The notes below the pieces were generated by a model, which had not been told where the DNA came from, made no database searches, and was given only the letters and a program-made list of their open reading frames with translations. Positions 37,356 to 45,881 of a stretch of 64,000 bases of DNA are shown one piece after another. How positions within the stretch are numbered: the stretch's first letter is position 1; the number at the start of each line of letters is the position of its first letter. The position numbers and the translations under genes are program-made. This DNA is from Acidobacteriota bacterium (GTDB taxonomy: Bacteria; Acidobacteriota; Thermoanaerobaculia; Gp7-AA8). The stretch lies in the NCBI GenBank assembly GCA_025463165.1, contig JAOBAU010000337.1:1073-65072 (forward strand), read 5' to 3'.

Positions 37356-38562
37356 CCGTCGTGCCGTGGAACATCTGCACGTCGCTCTTCAGCGATTCCT
37401 TCGCTTTCGCGTCGTCCTTCAGATACGCGTCCCAGAACGTCAGCGCCGCCATCCGGATCCTGCTGAAGATGCTGCGATCGCCGCCGGCGACGGGACGCTC
37501 GCGCGTGTCGGTCTGGAACGACGTCGAGTCGGGACCGTACGGATCGGGCGGACGCTGTCCGGTCGGGTAATCGGGAAAGTTGCGCGTCGTCACTTCGCCC
37601 GCCTGGAGCGGCATCGTCAGTCCGGCGAACGACATATGCCGCGCCCCTTCGATGAAGACGAGGTACTTGTCGCCGGCCGGCGAATTCTCGAACGCCGCGC
37701 GCCGCCAGTCAGGCGTCTCACCCTCGGCGCCGGTATCGCGCGAGCCGGTCATGAACATCGCCGGCACCTTCACGTTGCGGAATGACTCCGCGGTCAGATT
37801 CTGCGGACCGCCGACGCCCTGCGGCGACATCGCCACGATGGCGCGAACGCGCGGATCGTATGCACCGACCGACTGCTCGCCCGACGTCTTCGCGCCGCCG
37901 ACCAGCATCGCCGTGAACGCGCCGTATGAATGGCCGCCGACGCCGATCCTGTTGTGATCGATCTTCCCCTGCAGCTCCGGATAACGGCGCTCAATGTCAT
38001 CGAGCGAGTCGATGATGAACGTCACGTCGCGCAGCCGATCGCGCCACTGCGGTTCCCTCTGGTTCTGCCACACCGCCTCGGCGGTCTGCAGCGTCTGCTC
38101 GCGCCGATCGCGCTCTTCGCGCTGCATCTGGCGATTGCCGTTCCGCCCCTGCTTCTGCTGATCCTGTCGCTCCGCGCGACGTTCTTCGAGCCGATCGCGC
38201 ATCAGCTCGCGCAGCGCGCCGGCGTCGGCATGCGACGGTCGCGCGACGATGTAACCGTAGCTCGCCCAGTACGCCGCCAGCCCTTCGTAACCGCTGCTCG
38301 ACGCGCCATAGCCATGCGAAAAAATGATCAGCGGAAACGGGCCGACGCCTCGCGTCGGATACTCGATGTTCAGCGTCAGATCGCGATTGCGCTGCGCGTC
38401 GTGCAGCAGCGCCGCGGGAATCACGCCGACCGGCGACGAACCGCTCTCGGAGCTGTAACGGATCGACTGCGTCGGCACCGGCGGCGGCTCCGTTTTCTTC
38501 GGCGCGTTCGAAGCGCAGGCAGCGATGGCGATGGCGACGAGTGCAATGGCTGAGCGTTTCAT
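37342..38562 (-). CDS. Alpha/beta hydrolase lipoprotein (PAF-acetylhydrolase/dienelactone hydrolase-like)
   Basis: Lipobox IAIAACAS, nucleophile elbow GGHSYG, and an R/E/Q-rich insert. Confidence 0.7.
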   Translation of the reverse strand: MKRSAIALVAIAIAACASNAPKKTEPPPVPTQSIRYSSESGSSPVGVIPAALLHDAQRNRDLTLNIEYPTRGVGPFPLIIFSHGYGASSSGYEGLAAYWASYGYIVARPSHADAGALRELMRDRLEERRAERQDQQKQGRNGNRQMQREERDRREQTLQTAEAVWQNQREPQWRDRLRDVTFIIDSLDDIERRYPELQGKIDHNRIGVGGHSYGAFTAMLVGGAKTSGEQSVGAYDPRVRAIVAMSPQGVGGPQNLTAESFRNVKVPAMFMTGSRDTGAEGETPDWRRAAFENSPAGDKYLVFIEGARHMSFAGLTMPLQAGEVTTRNFPDYPTGQRPPDPYGPDSTSFQTDTRERPVAGGDRSIFSRIRMAALTFWDAYLKDDAKAKESLKSDVQMFHGTTVTRK

Positions 38563-38572
38563 GACTGGAACC

Positions 38573-39439
38573 TCATACGTCTTTCGTGCCCGACTCGCTG
38601 AATGCGGCGGGATAACTGCCGAAGAATCGGACCACTTCGCACATTTCGCGCAGGTGATCGATGGCGCGCGCCACGTTCGGCTCGGCGGCGTCGCCGGCCA
38701 GATCGACATAGAACGCGTACTCCCACGGACGTCCTTCGATCGGCCGCGACTCGATCTTCGTCAGATCGATGTCGCGCAGCGCGAACGCCGCCAGCGCGCG
38801 AAACAGCGAGCCCGGCTTATTCGGCGCGACGAACATCAGCGACGTCTTGCGCGGCCCGTGCGATTCGATGCGCGACGCCGACGCTTCCGGCCTCAGCAGC
38901 AGGAAACGCGTGTAGTTGCGATGATGATCTTCGAGTCCTTCGGCGAGGATGTCCGCGCCGTAGATCGCGGCGGAACCGGCAGCAGCGATGGCCGCTTCAT
39001 CGCCGCGCGCCTGCTCGACGACCATCCGCACGCTGCCGGCCGTGTCGTCGGCAGCGATCGCTTCGATCGTGCCGCGATGCGCGGCGAAGAATCGCTGGCA
39101 TTGCGCGAGCGCGACCGGATGCGAGTAGACGCGGCGCACGTCGGCGAGCGTCGTGCCGCGCGGCGCGATCAGCGCGTGTGCGATTCGCAGCAGCACCTCT
39201 CCGGCGATCGTGAGCTTCGCCGTGGCGAGCAGCTCGAAATTGCGCAGCACCGAACCGGCCAGCGTGTTCTCGATCGGGATCACTGCTGCTTCCGCTCGTG
39301 CTTCGGCCACCGCGGCGAAGACGTCCTCGAAAGTGCGACACGGCAGGACGTCGATGGAGTCGCCGAGGAGTTTGCGGGCGGCTTCTTCGCTGAAGGCGCC
39401 GCGCTCACCCTGAAATGCGATCGGAGACATCGCGCGCAT
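38573..39439 (-). CDS. pheA: Prephenate dehydratase
   Basis: IAFQGERGAFSE N-terminus, ESRP motif and a C-terminal ACT domain. Confidence 0.85.
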   Translation of the reverse strand: MRAMSPIAFQGERGAFSEEAARKLLGDSIDVLPCRTFEDVFAAVAEARAEAAVIPIENTLAGSVLRNFELLATAKLTIAGEVLLRIAHALIAPRGTTLADVRRVYSHPVALAQCQRFFAAHRGTIEAIAADDTAGSVRMVVEQARGDEAAIAAAGSAAIYGADILAEGLEDHHRNYTRFLLLRPEASASRIESHGPRKTSLMFVAPNKPGSLFRALAAFALRDIDLTKIESRPIEGRPWEYAFYVDLAGDAAEPNVARAIDHLREMCEVVRFFGSYPAAFSESGTKDV

Positions 39440-39487
39440 CGTACCGTCATCTGGACGATCGCCGCGCCGAGTCCGTATCCAAAGGCG

Positions 39488-40498
39488 ATGAGAAGCCTTC
39501 GATTGCTGTCGCTCCTGCCGGCCGCGCTGCTCTTCGCGTCGTCACTGCTCGCGGAGGACGTGACGTACTCGATCTCGCCGGCGATCGGACCGTCGCTCGG
39601 CAGAACGCCGGTGACGGTGAAGGGAATCTTCGGCACCTGGCAGTACGGATTGATCTTCGGCGGGATCGGCGTACCGGCGACACGCATCGACGAGCACACG
39701 CTCGTCGCATCGGCGCCCGCGCATCCGGCGGGAACGGTCGACGTGGGGATCTTCGAATACGACATCGGCATTTCGACCGGACTGAAGTACACGTTCGTCG
39801 ACGTTGGACCGAGCAGCCACTTCGAGCGCCTCCTCCTGCCGATCTTCATGCCGCCCGCGCGCGGCCTGTTCGGTTCCGAGTTTCATTCGGAGCTGCGCGC
39901 CGCGGTTCCAAACGCGGCCGGACCGATCTCGCTTTTCGGCGCCGCCTGGCCGTTCAGTTCGAGCAGCGATCCGGCGATCACGCTGCAATCCGGCAGCGAC
40001 GCGACGCTCATCCGCGACGAGTCGGACTTCAACGGCAACCCCGGGCGCTTCGTTTTTGTCGAGAAGGACTCCTTCGACATCCTCGGTTTGAACCTGCGTG
40101 CCTTCGACGTCTCGCGCAATGCGCAAACGTTCGGGACCGAGATTCCGATCGTGCACGAGCGCGAATTCAGCCAGACGCTCATCACCTTCCCCGGCGTGCC
40201 GATCGATTCGCGCTTCCGGACGACGCTGCGCATTTACGCGGCCGAGCCGGGGACCGTGCGGGTGACCGTCGGAACGCAAACGTTCAACGTGACGCTGCGG
40301 CCCGGGGGGAATCAGTACGAGCCGGCATACGCGTCGTTCAGCGACTTTCCGATCGGCAGCGGAGGCTCGACGAACGTCACGGTCGAGCCGTTGATCCTCT
40401 ACTTCAGTCCGGTCGTATTCGGCCCGCCGGTCTGGGCGTTTCTGACCATCACGAACAACGACACGCAGCAGATCACGACGATGTCGCCGCATCGGTAG
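39488..40498 (+). CDS. Hypothetical secreted protein with N-terminal IPT/TIG-like Ig domain
   Basis: Signal peptide MRSLRLLSLLPAALLFASSLLA. SISPAIGPSLGRTPVTVKG…FGG…VDV resembles IPT/TIG. Confidence 0.55.
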   Translation: MRSLRLLSLLPAALLFASSLLAEDVTYSISPAIGPSLGRTPVTVKGIFGTWQYGLIFGGIGVPATRIDEHTLVASAPAHPAGTVDVGIFEYDIGISTGLKYTFVDVGPSSHFERLLLPIFMPPARGLFGSEFHSELRAAVPNAAGPISLFGAAWPFSSSSDPAITLQSGSDATLIRDESDFNGNPGRFVFVEKDSFDILGLNLRAFDVSRNAQTFGTEIPIVHEREFSQTLITFPGVPIDSRFRTTLRIYAAEPGTVRVTVGTQTFNVTLRPGGNQYEPAYASFSDFPIGSGGSTNVTVEPLILYFSPVVFGPPVWAFLTITNNDTQQITTMSPHR

Positions 40499-40532
40499 TC
40501 GTCCGGAGCGACGTACACTTTGCACGTCGCCG

Positions 40533-42686
40533 ATGACCGAGAAAATCCGCCGCTACACGCTCAAACGAGCGCCGAAACCACAGAAGCAATATCGCGTTCA
40601 GTACGAGAACGAGCTGAACTCCGAGCAGCTCGACGTCGTCATGGCCGGCGAAGGTCCGCTGCTCGTCATCGCCGGCGCCGGCAGCGGGAAAACGCGCGCG
40701 CTCACCTATCGCGTTTCGCGTCTCATTGAAGACGGCGTCGATCCCTCCGAGATCCTGCTGCTCACGTTCACCAACAAAGCGTCGCGCGAGATGCTGAGCC
40801 GCGTCGAGCAGCTCGTCACCATCGACACGCGGCGCATCTGGGGCGGCACGTTTCACTCGATCGGCAACCGCCTCTTGCGCCAGCACGCGGCGACGATCGG
40901 CTATCGCCCGAGCTTCTCGATTCTCGACGCCGAAGACGCCAAAGAGATGATGGAATCAGCCATCTCCTCGCTCGGGATCAAGACGCTCGAAAAGCGTTTC
41001 CCGAAGGGCGACGTGCTGCTCGACATCTACTCCTTTCTGATCAACACGCGCACGCCGCTGGAGCTCCATCTCGAGCAGAACTTCCCGCATTTCGCAATCT
41101 ACAAGGAGGAGATGATCAACGTTTTCCGCGCCTACAAAGAGCGGAAGCGCGAAGCCAACGCCATGGACTTCGACGATCTCCTCGTCAACTGGAAACTGCT
41201 CCTCGAAGAACACGCCGACGTCGGCGAAGCGCTCAAGCGGCGCTTCCGCTACATCCTCGTCGATGAGTACCAGGACACGAACAAGCTGCAGGCGGAAGTC
41301 GTCGATGGAATGGCATCCGTCCGCGGAAACGTGATGGTGGTCGGCGACGATGCGCAGTCGATCTATTCGTTCCGCGGCGCGTCGTTCGAAAACATCATCA
41401 CCTTCCCGCTGCGCTTTCCCGAGACGAAGATCTACAAGCTCGAAGTGAACTACCGCTCGACGCGACAGATTCTCGAGCTCGCCAACCGCTCCATCGCCAA
41501 CAACCGTTTTCAATTTCGGAAAGAGCTGCAGGCGGTGCGCGGCGACGGACCGGAGCCGGCGGTCGTCGGCGTCGACGACGTCTTCGAGCAGGCGAACTTC
41601 ATCGCACAGCGAATCCTCGAGCTCCGCGACGAAGGCGAATCGCTCGGCGAGATCGCCGTGCTTTATCGCTCGCACTATCAGTCGCTCGAACTGCAGATGG
41701 AGTTGTCGCGCCGGCTGATCCCGTACGAGATTCGATCGGGCGTCCGCTTCTTCGAACAGGCGCACATCAAAGACGTCATCGCATATCTGAAGATCGTCGT
41801 GAACGGCCGCGACGAGCTGTCGTGGAAGCGGGTGCTGAAGCTCTATCCGAAAGTCGGCGAGAAGACGGCGGCGGAAGTGTGGGCGAAGATCTCGAAGGCC
41901 GGCGATCCGCTCGATGCGTTTCTTCGCGGCGCTGGCCCCTCACCCGGCCTTCGGCCACCCTCTCCCGGCGGGAGAGGGGCTGGGGGTGAGGGGCGCGGCA
42001 TATCCGCAAGTCTCCAATCGCTGAGAAGCATCCTGCAGCTGATCGGCAGCGAATCGATGCAGCACAATCCCTCGGAGACGATCCGGCTGATCGTCGAGCG
42101 CGGCTACGGAGATTACGCGCGCGCGAAGTTCCCGAACGCGCAGGCGCGGCTCGACGACCTCGAACAACTCTCGCAATACGCGCTGCGCTACGACGGCGTC
42201 GGCGCATTCCTCGAGGAGGTCGCGCTCGCGAATCCGCTGGCCGGTGAGGATGTCGCGGTCGTCGGCCCGGAGGATGAAAAGATCGTCTTGTCGAGCGTGC
42301 ACCAGGCGAAGGGGCTGGAGTGGCGGATCGTCTTTCTCCTCGGGCTCGCCGACGGACGCTTTCCGTCGGCGCGCGCGCTGCGCGTTCCGGGCGGCATCGT
42401 TCGCGTGAAGCCGAATGAAGTGCACGCCGCCTTCGAATTGACCAGCGCGCTGATGGAGGTTCCCGGTGGGGAGCCGGTCGCCGAGCACGAGATCATCATT
42501 CCCGGCGAGGAAGAAGAGCGGCGCCTTTTCTACGTCGCCATCACCCGCGCAAAGCAGGAGCTCTATCTCGTCTTTCCGGTGATGGCGCGCGATCGCGGCG
42601 GCATGGACGTGCTGATGGAACCGTCGCGGTTCATCCGCGAGCTGCCGGGCGAGGTTTACGAGAAGTGGGTGATCGGCAACGAGTAG
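40533..42686 (+). CDS. uvrD: ATP-dependent DNA helicase UvrD/PcrA family
   Basis: Motif I AGAGSGKT, motif II VDEYQDTN and LTFTNKA. Full SF1 layout, 717 aa. Contains an in-frame PG-rich insert (see the 41935-41994 repeat). Confidence 0.9.
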   Translation: MTEKIRRYTLKRAPKPQKQYRVQYENELNSEQLDVVMAGEGPLLVIAGAGSGKTRALTYRVSRLIEDGVDPSEILLLTFTNKASREMLSRVEQLVTIDTRRIWGGTFHSIGNRLLRQHAATIGYRPSFSILDAEDAKEMMESAISSLGIKTLEKRFPKGDVLLDIYSFLINTRTPLELHLEQNFPHFAIYKEEMINVFRAYKERKREANAMDFDDLLVNWKLLLEEHADVGEALKRRFRYILVDEYQDTNKLQAEVVDGMASVRGNVMVVGDDAQSIYSFRGASFENIITFPLRFPETKIYKLEVNYRSTRQILELANRSIANNRFQFRKELQAVRGDGPEPAVVGVDDVFEQANFIAQRILELRDEGESLGEIAVLYRSHYQSLELQMELSRRLIPYEIRSGVRFFEQAHIKDVIAYLKIVVNGRDELSWKRVLKLYPKVGEKTAAEVWAKISKAGDPLDAFLRGAGPSPGLRPPSPGGRGAGGEGRGISASLQSLRSILQLIGSESMQHNPSETIRLIVERGYGDYARAKFPNAQARLDDLEQLSQYALRYDGVGAFLEEVALANPLAGEDVAVVGPEDEKIVLSSVHQAKGLEWRIVFLLGLADGRFPSARALRVPGGIVRVKPNEVHAAFELTSALMEVPGGEPVAEHEIIIPGEEEERRLFYVAITRAKQELYLVFPVMARDRGGMDVLMEPSRFIRELPGEVYEKWVIGNE
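41935..41994. repeat. Nested GC-rich palindromic element inserted in-frame within uvrD
   Basis: cccctcaccc…ccctctccc-ggc-gggagaggg…gggtgagggg. Encodes AGPSPGLRPPSPGGRGAGGEGRG. Confidence 0.4.
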
Positions 42687-42716
42687 CGGTCGCGGCTGCT
42701 ACACTTTGACGCATCC

Positions 42717-43772
42717 ATGAACAAGCGCGCCTTTGCTGTCGCCGGTCTCTGTCTGTTCATCGTCGTCACGCTCGCGGCGCAGACCGCGCCGGCGCCACCG
42801 ATGCCGGTCTTTCCGCGCGTCGTGAAAGCGACCGGCTACGGCCCGGGCGGCACCGCCGGTCTCGGCCACCGACTGGTCGTCGACATCGAGAACTTCCCGT
42901 CGCTGCTCGAGAAATCGGGCGGCTGCGACGGCATCGTCCTCTTCATCAACGACCTGCCGATGGCCGGCGTGAAACCGGTTTCGTGCGATGAGACGAGCGG
43001 CCGCGTCCACTTCATCCTCGATCGCGATCCGTCCAACCAGAAGAACGACATGGTCTGGCACACGCTGCTCGGCAGCCCGACGAGCTATGTGCGCGAAGCG
43101 AAGGTCAGCGTCGGACCGAATGAATCGACCGTCTATCCGTCATCGAAGACGTTCCGGCTTTTCATCATTCCGCGCGTCATGCTCTTCATCTTCTTCATCC
43201 TGTTCATCGTGACGCTGGCGATCTTCGTTCACCTCTGCCGGAAGACGAGTATCATCCGCAGCCCGGTCGTCGCGCCGCCCGGCTCGCTGCCGCCGTACAG
43301 CCTGTCGCGGTTTCAGATGGCGTTCTGGTTCTTCCTCGTCATCGCCGGTTATGTCTTCATGTGGATGATCACCGACGAGCTCGACACCATCACCGAATCG
43401 ATCCTCGCGCTGATCGGCATCGGCGCCGGCACCGCGCTCGGCGCGGCGATGATCGATGCGCCGCCCGGCGCCGGCCAGCCCGCTCCGCCGCCGTCACCGT
43501 CGAAGGGATTTCTTCACGACATGCTCACCGACGACAACGGCGGCGTCAGCTTCCACCGCTTTCAGATGTTCGCGTGGACCATGATCCTCGGCATCATCTT
43601 CCTGACCTCCGTCTACAAGCAGCTGGCGATGCCGGAGTTCAGCGCAACGCTTCTCGGTCTGATGGGCGTTTCCTCCGGCACCTACCTCGGCTTCAAGTTC
43701 CCCGAGAAGAAGAACGAACAGCTCGTCGCGTCGGGTCAGCTGCCGCCGCAAACACCGCCGGAAGCGAAGTAG
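42717..43772 (+). CDS. Hypothetical membrane protein (signal peptide, periplasmic domain, 4 TM with internal 2x repeat)
   Basis: Signal peptide MNKRAFAVAGLCLFIVVTLAA. Repeats SLSRFQMAFWFF… and SFHRFQMFAWTM…. Confidence 0.6.
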   Translation: MNKRAFAVAGLCLFIVVTLAAQTAPAPPMPVFPRVVKATGYGPGGTAGLGHRLVVDIENFPSLLEKSGGCDGIVLFINDLPMAGVKPVSCDETSGRVHFILDRDPSNQKNDMVWHTLLGSPTSYVREAKVSVGPNESTVYPSSKTFRLFIIPRVMLFIFFILFIVTLAIFVHLCRKTSIIRSPVVAPPGSLPPYSLSRFQMAFWFFLVIAGYVFMWMITDELDTITESILALIGIGAGTALGAAMIDAPPGAGQPAPPPSPSKGFLHDMLTDDNGGVSFHRFQMFAWTMILGIIFLTSVYKQLAMPEFSATLLGLMGVSSGTYLGFKFPEKKNEQLVASGQLPPQTPPEAK

Positions 43773-43794
43773 CTCGCGTTAGACTCCCGCGCGC

Positions 43795-44481
43795 ATGCGT
43801 CTCCTCCTGATCTCGTCCTCCACCGTTCACGGACACGGCTACCTCGATCACGCCATCCCCGACATCGCGCGAATCCTCGGTACGCGCAAGCGCGTCGGCT
43901 TCGTGCCGTACGCCCTCGCCGGTCACCTCGGATACACGGTTCAGCTGCACGAACGGCTTTCACAGATCGGAGCCGAGGTGACGATGATCGCGACGCCGGA
44001 AGACGTCCGTTCCGTCGAAGCGATTTTCACCGGCGGCGGCAACACCTTTCGCCTGCTGAAAGCTCTTTACGATCGCGCGCTGCTCGAGCCGATTCGCGAC
44101 GCGGTCAGGAACGGGCTGCCCTACATTGGCACGAGCGCCGGCACGAACATCGCCGCGCCGACGATCAGGACGACGAACGACATGCCGATCGTCGAGCCGC
44201 CGTCATTCAACGCGTTCGGCTTCGTTCGCTATCAAATCAATCCGCACTATCTCGATGCCGAGCCGTCGACGACACACATGGGCGAGACGCGCGAAGAGCG
44301 CATCATGCAGTTTCACGAAGAGAACGACACGCCGGTGGTCGGCCTGCGCGAAGGAGCGCAGCTCCTCGTGGAGAACGGCTCGACGACGCTGGCGGGCGAT
44401 CGTCCGGCGCGGATTTTCCGTCGCGGCCAGGAACCGGTGGAGGTCGAGCCGGGTGCGACGCTCGATCGCTATCTCGACTGA
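43795..44481 (+). CDS. pepE: Dipeptidase E (peptidase S51, alpha-aspartyl dipeptidase)
   Basis: MRLLLISSS…YIGTSAGTNIA (S51 Ser nucleophile context). Confidence 0.8.
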   Translation: MRLLLISSSTVHGHGYLDHAIPDIARILGTRKRVGFVPYALAGHLGYTVQLHERLSQIGAEVTMIATPEDVRSVEAIFTGGGNTFRLLKALYDRALLEPIRDAVRNGLPYIGTSAGTNIAAPTIRTTNDMPIVEPPSFNAFGFVRYQINPHYLDAEPSTTHMGETREERIMQFHEENDTPVVGLREGAQLLVENGSTTLAGDRPARIFRRGQEPVEVEPGATLDRYLD

Positions 44482-45008
44482 ATACGCGTCGCGCATTCGC
44501 CGACGCTGCCGCAGACGGTCGTGATCATCCCGCCGTTGACGAGGAAGACCTGCGGCGTCTTCGAGTACTTCGTCCGCACTTCCGGTGCGAGCGATTCCGG
44601 CGTGCGAAAAACGAGACCGGCGACGTCGAGTCGTTTCGCGAATGCGGCCGTCTCCGCTTCGTTCCCGGTGCTGACGATCACCGGCGGGACCGCTTTCGAC
44701 AACGGCAGCGCGCGCAACTCGCCTGCCGCTTCCTCGCACGTGCCGCAATTCGGATCGACGACGAGGACGAGCTGCCGTCCGCGCGGCGCCTGCGACGGCG
44801 TCATGACGGTGCCGTTCGGCGAGACGAGACCGCCGAACTCGAAGCGCTCGCCGGGATGAAAGACGCGCGACGACGCCATGCGCCGCGACTGTTCGAGCGC
44901 GATGCGCAGCCCCGCGTTCTCCCGCCGCAACATCACGTTGGACCAGATCAGCAGGACCATCGCGACGACGACGGCGAGTTCGAGAAGACGGAGCGGAAGG
45001 TTCTTCAT
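44469..45008 (-). CDS. Membrane-anchored thioredoxin-fold protein (TlpA-like thiol:disulfide oxidoreductase)
   Basis: TM anchor LELAVVVAMVLLIW. Active-site-like VVDPNCGTCEE (CxxC) and a second CGSVGEC. ATG at 45008, with an alternative TTG at 45092. Confidence 0.55.
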   Translation of the reverse strand: MKNLPLRLLELAVVVAMVLLIWSNVMLRRENAGLRIALEQSRRMASSRVFHPGERFEFGGLVSPNGTVMTPSQAPRGRQLVLVVDPNCGTCEEAAGELRALPLSKAVPPVIVSTGNEAETAAFAKRLDVAGLVFRTPESLAPEVRTKYSKTPQVFLVNGGMITTVCGSVGECATRIQSR

Positions 45009-45060
45009 GGAAGGATTACGGAGGAGCGCCGCGCCGAGGCGGCGCTCCTCGCGGAGATCA

Positions 45061-45348
45061 TTAGCAGCTGGCGACGAACCACTGGCCGGCAACCGCGTCG
45101 TAGTACGACTGGTTGCAGTAGCTGCCGCCGTTGGAGCACGACTCGCCGTACTGAATCCACCACTGGCTGGTCACGCCGCCGCGGTAGATCGGGCCGTTGC
45201 AGGTGACATATCGGTAGCCCACTTCGTCGGTGAATGTTCCGTCGGAGTAGTAGTACGTCTCCGAGGAATTGGACGGCAGCGAATACGCAACGGTGGTGAT
45301 CGAGGCAACGAGCAGCGACAGCATTAGCGCCAGACGAAAACGTTTCAT
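45061..45348 (-). CDS. Small secreted Cys-rich protein, paralog A (95 aa)
   Basis: Signal peptide MKRFRLALMLSLLVASITTVAYS. RBS aaGGAAGaatcccc-ATG. Four Cys and Tyr/Trp-rich. Paralogous to 45457-45756. Confidence 0.65.
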   Translation of the reverse strand: MKRFRLALMLSLLVASITTVAYSLPSNSSETYYYSDGTFTDEVGYRYVTCNGPIYRGGVTSQWWIQYGESCSNGGSYCNQSYYDAVAGQWFVASC

Positions 45349-45456
45349 GGGGATTCTTCCTTAAGGGATGGGATTTGACGACTCCCGAATGGTACCTGAA
45401 CGGCCTTATGTCCGACACTGAAAAGTGTCAGTATGTCCGGACGGCGGACACGGCCG

Positions 45457-45756
45457 TTAGCCGTTCCAGTCGCAGGCCTCGCGCTCCCAGCGATGGGCGA
45501 CCTCGTCGTAATACCAGCGGTTGCAGAGAGTTCCGCTGCTGTCGCAGTCGTATTCGTACTGGATGAAGTACGAGGTGTGCATCCCGGTCTGCTCGATGTT
45601 GTTCTCACAATCGATGTAGCGATAGCCGACCTGCGTGGTGTAGGTGATGTCGGTGTAATAGAAGGTTTCGAGGGCGGCGTGCTGAAACGAGTTAGCGACG
45701 GTGGCTGACGCGGCGACGAGCAGCAGCAGAATGGCGGTAACGCGAAGTCGTTGCAT
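45457..45756 (-). CDS. Small secreted Cys-rich protein, paralog B (99 aa)
   Basis: Signal peptide MQRLRVTAILLLLVAASATVANS. RBS GAGGAAGatccc-ATG. Aligns with paralog A across ET.YY.D.T.T..VGYRY..C…IQY…C…G..CN..YYD.VA..W….C. Confidence 0.65.
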   Translation of the reverse strand: MQRLRVTAILLLLVAASATVANSFQHAALETFYYTDITYTTQVGYRYIDCENNIEQTGMHTSYFIQYEYDCDSSGTLCNRWYYDEVAHRWEREACDWNG

Positions 45757-45881
45757 GGGATCTTCCTCGCTCGCTTGAATTTGACTGCGGGCGGAATGAT
45801 ATCCGCGTCACGCTTCATTAGCTAAGTCCGGCCGCAAACAATCAGCAACGGTCGCGCGCGTAGAATCATCCGATCTCAGTA

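Noticed and set aside
40533-43772. UvrD-family helicase plus an adjacent membrane protein as a candidate helicase-effector defence pair.
   Set aside because: The helicase has the full housekeeping UvrD/PcrA motif set and length. It is flanked by pheA and pepE, with no nuclease or effector domain. It is most simply the chromosomal uvrD, and the membrane protein is noted separately as unknown.
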